A stretch of 64,000 bases of DNA, from IMG/VR virus record IMGVR_UViG_3300033148_006964, positions 32,001 to 96,000 of that record. One strand, given 5' to 3'. The translations under genes were made by a program, and so were the position numbers. The notes beneath the pieces were generated by a model. It did no database searches, was not told the DNA's origin, and saw nothing but the letters and a program-made list of their open reading frames with translations. Shown in pieces: positions 45,837 to 55,410 of this stretch; the first letter of the stretch is position 1, and each line of letters starts with the position of its first letter. Source of the DNA: a virus.

Positions 45837-47633
45837 ATGCCAATATCACAAGGAAGTTTTGAAATTGGAATTGATGGTGATTACGATAATTGGTATTTGT
45901 GGGCAGACGCTTTAGATGCTGGTTTAACAGACGATATGTCTGTTACAGCTATTTCTGCGTTCAATTCGCCAACAAGAGCCCAGATAGATACGTTAAATTT
46001 AAACGGCCATACATTAACTATTGATGGTGCAGGATTTTTAACTACAGCAATATCTTCAGATGCTGCAAAAACTTGTATAGAAATTTATAATATAACAGGC
46101 TTAGGAACTGTTAATGTTAAAAATCTTAATATGATAGCTACTTGTGATGCTACAACATCTCCAGATACTTGGTTTGAAGCTCTTCTAACTATTAGTGTTC
46201 TTGGAAATGTTGATCAAATATATAATATTCAAGATTGTAAATTTAATTGCAATAATTATAAAATGATTGGTATTACTATTAATGCAGAACCAACATTTCC
46301 TTATATTAATATTAGTAATGTTATTGCTATTAATAGTAGTGATAGACATGGATTTTATATATACGGGAGTAGTGATAATCTTATTATAGAAAATTGTAAT
46401 GCTATTAATAATGGTGGCAGTAATTTTTACAAGGATCTCGCAGGTACATTTAAAGCATGTATTTTAAGAAATTGCACAGCTTATAATGGTTCAGGTTATG
46501 TTAATTTTAATTTTGGTCATGCTACATTAATTAAATGTGCATCTTCTGACACTTCTGGTTCTGAGACAATTCTTAGAAACAGATCATTTAATAATGATTT
46601 TATTGATGATATTGACTATTTACCTAATGAAACCGGTATATTAATTAATAATGGTGTAAATCCAATTATACCGGGACATACAAAATATTATAACGATGTT
46701 GTAATCGTTAATGGTGAAGTTGATATTGGCGCAAATGGAGTGGATAAAATGAGTTCAAGTTCTAGCTCGTCTGGTGGCATTTTAAGTACTATTAAAAACT
46801 CTATTATTATATCATATAATAATAATGATATTGATTTTTCAATAGGAAGCGCAAGCGATTTAATTAATAATTGTCTTTCTTATAATTATGGTGCTGGAGA
46901 TCTTGATCTGTCTGCAACGAGTAAGATTGATTGTATAGAAAATGAAGGCCCTCAGTTTGTTGAAGTGTCAATTGATGAAAGGCTTTTTAATATTGATCTA
47001 TTAATGAGTTATGATTTTGTCCCAAAGATTACATCTCCAATCGTTAATAATGGTGACAATTCATTTATGAGCGGAATAGATGTTGATATTATTGGTAATA
47101 ATAGAATATATGATAATGGAATAGTAGATATTGGACCGTATGAATTAGAAACTCATAAAAAAATATTTGAACCTAATTCTATACAATCAATATTTCAAGA
47201 TAAACTTACAATTGATTATGCAAATAAAAAATATATTCCTACAAAAGGTGATAAAACTTATAATGATCTATGGTATCAATTTACAAATAATCCGGAAGAC
47301 CGAGAAGATTTTGTAAGAGAATCTAAAATTATTATAGAATTAAAAAATCTTGATAAAGGCTATAAATTATTAACTGATAAACAAAATACAGAAATAGGTT
47401 CTGTAGAAGCATATTTTGATAGTGGTACTTATTCTATTATTATATCAAAATCAAATAATCTATTAGGTAAGGTCTGGAATGATTTATTTTCAGGGAGATA
47501 CGTATTTTATTTTGATGAGTCAGTACATCTATTAAGGATATATTTAAATGATACTTATAGTAAGGGCCTTTCTGGTAATAGGAATCCAATTAAAAATGTG
47601 AAAATTGGCGGTTCGTCTATTGTTAACAAATAG
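45837..47633 (+). CDS. Beta-helix virion protein with a short poly-Ser tract (46752-46772)
   Basis: 598 aa with NC-rich beta-helix repeats and two VDIG(A/P) end motifs (GEVDIGANG, GIVDIGPYE). Confidence 0.7.
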   Translation: MPISQGSFEIGIDGDYDNWYLWADALDAGLTDDMSVTAISAFNSPTRAQIDTLNLNGHTLTIDGAGFLTTAISSDAAKTCIEIYNITGLGTVNVKNLNMIATCDATTSPDTWFEALLTISVLGNVDQIYNIQDCKFNCNNYKMIGITINAEPTFPYINISNVIAINSSDRHGFYIYGSSDNLIIENCNAINNGGSNFYKDLAGTFKACILRNCTAYNGSGYVNFNFGHATLIKCASSDTSGSETILRNRSFNNDFIDDIDYLPNETGILINNGVNPIIPGHTKYYNDVVIVNGEVDIGANGVDKMSSSSSSSGGILSTIKNSIIISYNNNDIDFSIGSASDLINNCLSYNYGAGDLDLSATSKIDCIENEGPQFVEVSIDERLFNIDLLMSYDFVPKITSPIVNNGDNSFMSGIDVDIIGNNRIYDNGIVDIGPYELETHKKIFEPNSIQSIFQDKLTIDYANKKYIPTKGDKTYNDLWYQFTNNPEDREDFVRESKIIIELKNLDKGYKLLTDKQNTEIGSVEAYFDSGTYSIIISKSNNLLGKVWNDLFSGRYVFYFDESVHLLRIYLNDTYSKGLSGNRNPIKNVKIGGSSIVNK

Positions 47634-47641
47634 GTTATTGT

Positions 47642-50419
47642 ATGGATAAATTTATTAATTCAAAAAAAGCTACATACCATCATAAAACTATTTCAGATTT
47701 TTCTAAAACAAATAGTTTTGTTTCTAGTGGATTATCTTATGGATATTCAGCAGAAGAATATTCATGGCTTGCTGATATGCTGTTTAAGCATCGATCTAAT
47801 ACATATACTAATGCACATATAGCTTATATTTCATTTTTTAGTAATAGAGAAATAATGAATCAGGAATATTGGAATGTATCTGGTATTTATGAAGAATATC
47901 CATTTTTAAAATTAAATAGTATTGAAAAAACATCTCCTCATACATTTGAATTATCTTCAAGGCAGTATGCTACAATAGGTCAAAAATCTGTAGAATCTGA
48001 TGTATTAGAATATATAAACGCAACAATGTTAGAAAATTTTGAATGGGGTGCCACAGGTTATGATACAGTTGAATTTAAATCTAATCATGAATATTATAAA
48101 GCTCCAGGATTTAGAGCTTTAGGTTTTAGATTAGATATGGAATACGTTTCAATTCCATATGAAAATCATTATCAATATTTATGGATATGGGATAGAAAAA
48201 CAGGAAGCGGTAGTACTTATAACCCTGAAGTTAGTTTAGATAATTATAGATATAATTTAACCGTTAAACCTTGGTTGGCTGATGCATCAAATATAGATCC
48301 AGATAATGATGCTATAGATATATTAACTGACTGGGATTATTATACCTATGGTAGTAGTATATTACGTATGATAAAATACCAATTAAATGTTAATAATCCT
48401 AAATATATATATTTTGAACCTATGAGCCAAATGGTTAATTATTATAATGATGAAGAACATTATGTATCTAATACATATGTTCCATATTTAGGAATTGTTG
48501 GCATTTATAATAATAGTTGGGAAGAAGTCCTTACTGGACATAATTCTACTTTTTTTCCTCAAGTAATTCAAGATGGTGTACTTGAACCCGCAAAAGTGAT
48601 AACGTCGTGGGAACTCCCTACAAGTGCTATACCTAAATCAAAAATTACATATAATCCAATTAATCATCTTCAAGAAGCAGATGATCAATCCAGGATTATT
48701 TATAGTGTATGCGAACATATGTTTAGTATCTTTGACCCGGCAAGCCCTTCAAGGAATTCTATTTATAAAGTTGTTGGTCTTGATGTAGTTTATGAAGGAA
48801 TAGATATTGATACTGAAAGAAATAGAAAATATTCAGCAACAGTAACAACTGAACCTTATTTTGTTAATAGCCCAATATCTAATGGGGAATTAATAAAATA
48901 TACATTTGTAGATTATAATAATACTCCAGTATCTTTTGATGACCCTGCAGATTTTAAATCAGCACCAGCCATGTATCTTAAAATTAAAGCATCTTCAGCT
49001 TTTATTAAAGAATTGGATAGAATATTATCATTAAAAGAATTTAATACTGATATTATTAATACTTTTGAAATGGAAGCCCCTCAAGATCATTTATCAAATT
49101 TATATAATAGTGGAAGTTCTTATTATAGAGATTTTGGTGGAACCGTTAATAAATTTTTTGAAAGACAAGATGATTGTATTGACAATTTAATTGGTGATAC
49201 TGTTGATGGCAGTAAGGTTGGGGCTGGTAGACACGTTAAATTTTGGGTAGATGGTGTTTCTGATTTAAGCTATAGATATACAGACGATGAAATGAAAATT
49301 AATGGTCTTGGGTATAGATGTAAGACAACTGTTAATTCTAATGGTGAAATACAATCTAGTTATGAAGATTCTTTGTTCTTTTATTGCAATAATTATATTG
49401 CAGAAGATGCCCCATTACCAAGTGGAGCTCCTGTGCCAGTTGAAACTCCTATTGAAATCTTAGATGATAAATCATTATTATCTGATGGTCTTAGATATGA
49501 ATTATTTAGACCACTTCTTAAACTTTCTTGTATCAATGGTTTTATAAAAATAATAGAACGTAATCCTCATTTTGAATTAAAAAGAGCCGCCGATGGTAAG
49601 TATGAAGTAATATATAATATCGAATTTCCATATTGTCCAGGATCATATACAGAAAGATCTACTATGGATTTTTCTGGTTCTGATCCGTATAAACTTGCTC
49701 AAATACTTTATAAAGAAAATTATATTAATTCCGGTTCATGGGAGATTGCAGATGAACGGTGTGAGGATCGCTATGATAAGACAAATGATAGGTATGCACC
49801 TTATGGAGACGATTCTTTTGTATATACTAATGCTTTGTTTGAATATGATACAGTAGAAGATAATGTAACAACAAATTCATTTAAAAAGAATGGAAGAATT
49901 ACTAGTGCTGATGGCAAACTTGGAGAGTTGATATTATATCCTAAATCTTTAATTTATTCTGTAAACAGAGATAAGTTACGTTTACTTAGTCTGATAAAAC
50001 CTAAAGCTAATGGTTATGAAAGATATGGGACTTATATAATCAACCTTGTACCATCGAGCAGCGGTCCTGCTGATATGAAGTTAATATCAATAGCTGATAA
50101 TCAACAATGGAAGTTTGATATAGATAAATTTAGTTCTTATATTGGAAGAGAAGTTCCAACTTATATTTTTGAAATAAACGCATCTACTTTATTTGAAGAT
50201 TATCTAAATTATCAAAAACATTATAGCGGAATACCAAATATGAAACGTTGGTTATATACTAACTTTTCAGGGTATGCGCATATGGTTTCATTGCCTAGCA
50301 TTGAAGAGGCAAATAATATTACATCTGAAGAGATAATTACTTTAGATAAAGTTAATTGGCTTACGTCAAAACAATCTGAATCAGATATTATAATAGAGAT
50401 TTGGGATCAATTAAGTTAA
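47642..50419 (+). CDS. Large hypothetical protein (Y/N-rich), probably virion-associated
   Basis: 925 aa ORF in the operon; no family recognised. Confidence 0.7.
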   Translation: MDKFINSKKATYHHKTISDFSKTNSFVSSGLSYGYSAEEYSWLADMLFKHRSNTYTNAHIAYISFFSNREIMNQEYWNVSGIYEEYPFLKLNSIEKTSPHTFELSSRQYATIGQKSVESDVLEYINATMLENFEWGATGYDTVEFKSNHEYYKAPGFRALGFRLDMEYVSIPYENHYQYLWIWDRKTGSGSTYNPEVSLDNYRYNLTVKPWLADASNIDPDNDAIDILTDWDYYTYGSSILRMIKYQLNVNNPKYIYFEPMSQMVNYYNDEEHYVSNTYVPYLGIVGIYNNSWEEVLTGHNSTFFPQVIQDGVLEPAKVITSWELPTSAIPKSKITYNPINHLQEADDQSRIIYSVCEHMFSIFDPASPSRNSIYKVVGLDVVYEGIDIDTERNRKYSATVTTEPYFVNSPISNGELIKYTFVDYNNTPVSFDDPADFKSAPAMYLKIKASSAFIKELDRILSLKEFNTDIINTFEMEAPQDHLSNLYNSGSSYYRDFGGTVNKFFERQDDCIDNLIGDTVDGSKVGAGRHVKFWVDGVSDLSYRYTDDEMKINGLGYRCKTTVNSNGEIQSSYEDSLFFYCNNYIAEDAPLPSGAPVPVETPIEILDDKSLLSDGLRYELFRPLLKLSCINGFIKIIERNPHFELKRAADGKYEVIYNIEFPYCPGSYTERSTMDFSGSDPYKLAQILYKENYINSGSWEIADERCEDRYDKTNDRYAPYGDDSFVYTNALFEYDTVEDNVTTNSFKKNGRITSADGKLGELILYPKSLIYSVNRDKLRLLSLIKPKANGYERYGTYIINLVPSSSGPADMKLISIADNQQWKFDIDKFSSYIGREVPTYIFEINASTLFEDYLNYQKHYSGIPNMKRWLYTNFSGYAHMVSLPSIEEANNITSEEIITLDKVNWLTSKQSESDIIIEIWDQLS

Positions 50420-50465
50420 ATTAAGTTTTTAGTATTTGTATAATAAAAACAGAGGATTAATAAAA

Positions 50466-51386
50466 ATGGATTTAAGTTCTTCAAGTTCCTCAGATTCTTC
50501 CAGTAGTTCTATGGGCAGTTCATATTTACAAGGAAATTGGCGCCCATTTAATGCTACAAGATTTGATAACAATAAAACTTGTGGAAATCTTCTTTTAGAC
50601 GATCTACATGCACGAGAAATATCAGCCCCATTTGAACCAACTAAAATTTTTGAAATAGATGGCGATATAGGAATTTATACGGTCAATCTAGGTACATGGG
50701 ATTTTGAAGGATCTTTTGTTTTTCCTAAAGATCTGAATGTTAAAGAAAGATTTAATGGGATGACAAATAAAGTATTATATGATATTGTTAATAAAAAGAC
50801 ATATCATATAGCTTATTTAGATTATGATTCCAGTGATATATTACAGCCTTTTTTATTAGCATATATATATTTCGACCCAAATGATACTGATAACTTTGAC
50901 GTGTGGGATATCGCTAATATTGCTGGATATGACGTAAACCCTCTTCAAATATTAGATTCTGGATTTAGATTAAGTAAAGATATATTAAATTCTTTTGATT
51001 CTAATAAGCATATTGTAGGTGTAGATGACTGTTCAGTTAAAAGGATGATAGATATTAGAGAGGAAGGTACGTATAGTGATTTATTAAGATATATTGATGA
51101 AAACAGTAAGATTTTCTTTAGAGTAAGGCCTGTAATCGCTAAAAACCTAGCGCCTGCCTCGTATGAAGACCAGGACACATCTTCACTTCAATATATTGGC
51201 GAAGAAGTTTTAGAGTCACCAGTTGATAAATGGGTTAATTATCCATGGAGTGATGATGGCGTTACTTATGAATATGGATTTGAGTGGGGCATTACTAAAT
51301 TAATAAATAGCATTAGAAGATCTATAAGACCTATAGAACTACCAAGAAAGTTTGGTATAACTTATTTTAAGTGTGCATCGAAATAA
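50466..51386 (+). CDS. Hypothetical protein with an N-terminal poly-Ser tract (start revised to ATG 50466)
   Basis: AGAGG RBS upstream, then MDLSSSSSSDSSSSSMGSS (Ser tract 50475-50522). Confidence 0.7.
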   Translation: MDLSSSSSSDSSSSSMGSSYLQGNWRPFNATRFDNNKTCGNLLLDDLHAREISAPFEPTKIFEIDGDIGIYTVNLGTWDFEGSFVFPKDLNVKERFNGMTNKVLYDIVNKKTYHIAYLDYDSSDILQPFLLAYIYFDPNDTDNFDVWDIANIAGYDVNPLQILDSGFRLSKDILNSFDSNKHIVGVDDCSVKRMIDIREEGTYSDLLRYIDENSKIFFRVRPVIAKNLAPASYEDQDTSSLQYIGEEVLESPVDKWVNYPWSDDGVTYEYGFEWGITKLINSIRRSIRPIELPRKFGITYFKCASK

Positions 51387-51414
51387 TTGCTTATTATAGT
51401 AAAATTATTATATA

Positions 51415-52554
51415 TTGAATTCATGGGGGCTTGTCGCAATGATTTCAAATTTAAGATCTAAATCAATACAAGGGCATATAACAGATAGCGCTGGTAATAT
51501 TTTACGTAATGCCACAATAGTTATTAAAGTAAATACTCCAACTAGTGTAAATGTTGTAGATTCAGCAATTTCAGATGATGATGGATACTTTATTAGCAAA
51601 CCGCTTCCTAATGGAATATACGATATATATGAATCAGGTATAAGAGTGTCACAAGTTATACATACAGCTGATAGAAATTCTATTCAAGTATTTAAAGCTG
51701 ATTCTGATAATTATAATACTACTATAATAGAATCGTTTTCTGATTTAATTGAAAATGATGCGACTAAACAACTTAATAAATTTAAAATGTTTCTTCAAAT
51801 AGAGCCAAATAGTATTGATGTAGCTCAATATGGGAATATTTTTCCATTATATGATGTTGATTTAACACAGTTAGAGAAAGCAAATGAAAGTTATTATGAT
51901 TTATCTCAATTTTTTGGATTTGAATCAGAATCTAGGATTACTATAACCAGATTTGATATAGAATATTATAGTCCATTAACTTCTATCTCTCAGTCTTATA
52001 AAAGAATTAGATGGTCAGGAGTTCCTGGAATAAGAAATAGTAGTGATTCTAAGCTAGTGTTACCGCTGGATTATTTTTCAATTGTAGCTAATCTTTCTAA
52101 GGTTGTACAACCTGTAAGTAATACAGCATTTACAGCTGGAACTATTGTATATGAATATGTTGCTGTTAGCGGTACATTGTTTATATCTCAGGCTGGGCTT
52201 GGCGACAGCGATTATGCTGCTGGGTTTTATCCATACGTTAATATTGGTGATATAGTAAAAGTAGAATTAGATATAGGTGATTGGTATGGTTTAGTTGTTA
52301 GTAAAACTGATGGATCAGGTTCGTTAAAAAAAATAGAATTAAAAAATTGGCTTACAAGTAGAAGTGAATATACGAGCGTAGCACTTTCACCACTTACTGG
52401 TGACGTAGAGAAAATTTCGGCATATAATGGGATGTTTCAAGCGATACCTAATATAGATGAAGAAACAAACGAATTATTTACTGTAGTTGAAAACGTATCG
52501 GCTCAAAATGGAGCAGATGAGCTATATACTTATATTAATGCTCCAATATCTTAA
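51415..52554 (+). CDS. Protein with an N-terminal carboxypeptidase-regulatory-like (prealbumin) fold; true start may be slightly downstream
   Basis: IQGHITDSAGNILRNATIVIK...SDDDGYF...LPNGIYDI. Confidence 0.6.
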   Translation: MNSWGLVAMISNLRSKSIQGHITDSAGNILRNATIVIKVNTPTSVNVVDSAISDDDGYFISKPLPNGIYDIYESGIRVSQVIHTADRNSIQVFKADSDNYNTTIIESFSDLIENDATKQLNKFKMFLQIEPNSIDVAQYGNIFPLYDVDLTQLEKANESYYDLSQFFGFESESRITITRFDIEYYSPLTSISQSYKRIRWSGVPGIRNSSDSKLVLPLDYFSIVANLSKVVQPVSNTAFTAGTIVYEYVAVSGTLFISQAGLGDSDYAAGFYPYVNIGDIVKVELDIGDWYGLVVSKTDGSGSLKKIELKNWLTSRSEYTSVALSPLTGDVEKISAYNGMFQAIPNIDEETNELFTVVENVSAQNGADELYTYINAPIS

Positions 52555-52584
52555 TCATAGCTGGGTGGCTATCTGGGGGTTGTT

Positions 52585-52989
52585 ATGGATGTATCTGGAA
52601 TGAATCAAAAACAAGCAGCAAGTATTGCTGTGGCTTATTTAGTAAAGCATAAAGAAGAAGCTCCGAAAGAAGCACATAAACTTTTAGAAAAGCTTGTTAA
52701 TTATGAAAATGCTGCTAAAAAAACACAAATGGCATTGCGTCAAGCTGAAGAAGCTATAAATCAACTTCAGGTACAAGATGCTAATATTTTTGGATCTATA
52801 TCAACTGTTGTAGAGTTAATAGCAGAAGATCTACCGAAAGATAAAGTTTTAGAATGGTGTGAGAAATATGAAATACCTGCTGGGATGCAGATGCCTTCAA
52901 AAGCTACTAGTGCGCCAAAACAACAGGTTCCTGATATGGCCGGACATACGGCTCAAAGTATAGAACCAAATTTGCAGACTTCTGAATAA
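52585..52989 (+). CDS. Hypothetical coiled-coil protein
   Basis: 134 aa, helical. Confidence 0.65.
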   Translation: MDVSGMNQKQAASIAVAYLVKHKEEAPKEAHKLLEKLVNYENAAKKTQMALRQAEEAINQLQVQDANIFGSISTVVELIAEDLPKDKVLEWCEKYEIPAGMQMPSKATSAPKQQVPDMAGHTAQSIEPNLQTSE

Positions 52990-53010
52990 GTTTAAATACG
53001 GAGTGTTATT

Positions 53011-53913
53011 ATGAGAAGAGTACAAGTTCGCCATGGTTTAAAACAAAGAATCAATGAGATTATGGGAACTGATTATACTGGAGGGGGACAAACTTCTCCT
53101 CCAGGTATTACCCCTTGGTCTCTCCAGGCGGCTATGATAGAAAATTTAAAACGAATAGTAGCTGGGATCTCTGGTAATGAAAAAGGCGTTCCGATGAATG
53201 GCCTTGTAATAACTGAAGAAGCAGGAAATGCTACTTATATCATTTCTCCAGGATATGGCTTTACAAATAATGGTAATATAGTTGTTATTGATAAAGCTAT
53301 TTCAGGTATATCTTTACCATCATCTGGAAGTGTTGTTAACATTTATGCAAAACATTCATTAGCTTATCTTGATGGTGACGGAGATGTCGCTGGTGGTAAA
53401 AAAACTGGATTTATTGGGCAAGAGGGTGAACAAAACATAGTTGAAGATGATCTTGGTGCCACGTTAGGTTCAGGTATAACTATTGATGATGATGTAATAA
53501 TTCAAGAAGTTGATGATACCCTTTCAGGGACTGATTTAGATAACCACGTATATTTAGGTCAGGTTGCTTTTAGTGGAGGTACTATTGATAGTATCACTCT
53601 TCATAATTTTACTCTTAATAACCTTTTAGTAAATCAAAATTTAGAAGTTAGTGATACTATTACAACTGATAATATTACAGTAACAGACACTATAGCATTA
53701 AAAGATGCTAATATAAGCGGGGCTGTTGCTATGGCCTCTGGATCATCTATGGATTTTAATGGTGGATCAGAATTAAATGTTAATAATTCATCAACTCTTA
53801 ATATAGCTGGAGCCGCAACGGTTAAATCTGGAGGTGTAACAGTATATACAGGAGCTGTTGGTGCTGCTCAAGCTTTTGTTGTAGAAAATGGACTAATTAA
53901 ATCGCTTTCTTAA
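53011..53913 (+). CDS. Putative virion structural protein
   Basis: 300 aa. YIISPGYGFTNNG...YLGQVAFSGG followed by a fibre-like beta-repeat C-terminus. Confidence 0.55.
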   Translation: MRRVQVRHGLKQRINEIMGTDYTGGGQTSPPGITPWSLQAAMIENLKRIVAGISGNEKGVPMNGLVITEEAGNATYIISPGYGFTNNGNIVVIDKAISGISLPSSGSVVNIYAKHSLAYLDGDGDVAGGKKTGFIGQEGEQNIVEDDLGATLGSGITIDDDVIIQEVDDTLSGTDLDNHVYLGQVAFSGGTIDSITLHNFTLNNLLVNQNLEVSDTITTDNITVTDTIALKDANISGAVAMASGSSMDFNGGSELNVNNSSTLNIAGAATVKSGGVTVYTGAVGAAQAFVVENGLIKSLS

Positions 53914-53929
53914 TATAGGAGAATAAATT

Positions 53930-54601
53930 ATGCATTATGCATTAAATGGGAAATACCCAATCGAAACTGAAGAACAGGTTAAAACTGCTTCAGATTATTT
54001 TTCAAGATATCTTCAAAGGTTTGCTCCCATGGATAGGGTTGCAGCAGCTACTAACATAGAAAAAAGGGCTACAGTCCTTGATATAAATGTTAATGAAGGA
54101 TGGATTACTAATTATTCGCGTCCATTAAAACCAGAGTCTACTTATTCACCAGATTTCGATGCTAATATTAAGCTTCGTAAAGAGGCGTGTGTTAGGACTA
54201 GTGCTAAAGTTGAAGTAAATGGTAAGATGATAAACGCTACAGAATTACTTAAAAAAGTAGCAATGCAACGAAAAGAACTTCCAGGCATAGCTATGATGAA
54301 ATCTTTACAAGAATTTGATAAACTAGCTAACCTTGAACAGTATTATGATAATGATGTTATCGATCCTGCTATGACGGTGTTTGGTAGTCTTAATAATCCA
54401 AGATTTGATTCTGTTAAAATTGCTAAAGACCTAACTAACTATGATTTGATAGAAGCGTCAAGAGATGTATTAGCTATGGAAAAGATCTCTAATACTTTTG
54501 GAGAAAGGTTTTCGGAAAAGTTTAAAAAAGAACCTATTAAAATAGCGTCAGATTTGGGGCCTCCTGAAAAATCTCTTTTATCAGAAACGATATCTAAATA
54601 G
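53930..54601 (+). CDS. Hypothetical protein (head-region, upstream of portal)
   Basis: 223 aa with an AGGAG RBS. Confidence 0.65.
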   Translation: MHYALNGKYPIETEEQVKTASDYFSRYLQRFAPMDRVAAATNIEKRATVLDINVNEGWITNYSRPLKPESTYSPDFDANIKLRKEACVRTSAKVEVNGKMINATELLKKVAMQRKELPGIAMMKSLQEFDKLANLEQYYDNDVIDPAMTVFGSLNNPRFDSVKIAKDLTNYDLIEASRDVLAMEKISNTFGERFSEKFKKEPIKIASDLGPPEKSLLSETISK

Positions 54602-55347
54602 TGGCTAAATTATCTGAACAGTTATTAGATGCTCATATGGTTAATGACCATAATGAGATTAATCGTATACAGGAGTTAATTGATACTAAACAATCTAAAT
54701 TAACTTCTAAAAAGAAAACTAATACGGTTAAAATTAATACTGTTCTTAATAATGAAAAGGCATCTGCTTCTAAAGTATATAATTTTTTAAATAAAGCGCT
54801 TGGAAGCGATTGGTGGGAATGGGAAATCGAAACTCTTGAACAAGTCTTATGGATTAAATATGGTGTTGCATTAGAAAGTATTAATAAAGATAAAGTTTTA
54901 GCAATAAGACATGTGTGTAGAAGCGATAATCCATTTGCTGATTGGTATGAATTTAATCAAGTTGCATTGTCATTTAGTGGAAGTATAGCTGATTTTGAAT
55001 ACCTTAAGTCTCCTTCTCCTGGGATGGTTATTAATTGTGTTAAAATTTTAAACCATATCAGACCTGATAGAGAGTCTTTTTTTAGTAATGATGTTATTAA
55101 GTATATATGTATAGTTTTATTAAACCATGGTATATATATTTCACCTCCATCAATAGTAAATATTATTGGTAAAAAAATGAAAGAAATGATATCTACAACA
55201 ACAGCGTTAAAATGGAGTGATATATTGCAGAAATATAAAAAAATTGTTTCTAATCCTAATTTTAAAATTGAAGAAGACGATATGGTTGATATTCAGGCAA
55301 AACGCTTAGTAAATGCTGAAGCGGCCTCTTTGGTTTTTGGTTCGTGA
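54601..55347 (+). CDS. Hypothetical protein (head-region, upstream of portal)
   Basis: 248 aa; the GTG start overlaps the upstream TAG stop. Confidence 0.65.
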   Translation: MAKLSEQLLDAHMVNDHNEINRIQELIDTKQSKLTSKKKTNTVKINTVLNNEKASASKVYNFLNKALGSDWWEWEIETLEQVLWIKYGVALESINKDKVLAIRHVCRSDNPFADWYEFNQVALSFSGSIADFEYLKSPSPGMVINCVKILNHIRPDRESFFSNDVIKYICIVLLNHGIYISPPSIVNIIGKKMKEMISTTTALKWSDILQKYKKIVSNPNFKIEEDDMVDIQAKRLVNAEAASLVFGS

Positions 55348-55410
55348 CTACTCCCATGAATAAATTCATGGGCTTTCTGGTAAGAGGAATCGTAAATTGG
55401 AGTGTGAGAT

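Noticed and set aside
37563-47633. Diversity-generating retroelement acting on the repeat proteins
   Set aside because: No reverse transcriptase is in the window, and I saw no near-identical template/variable repeat pair differing at adenines. The modules are anciently diverged.
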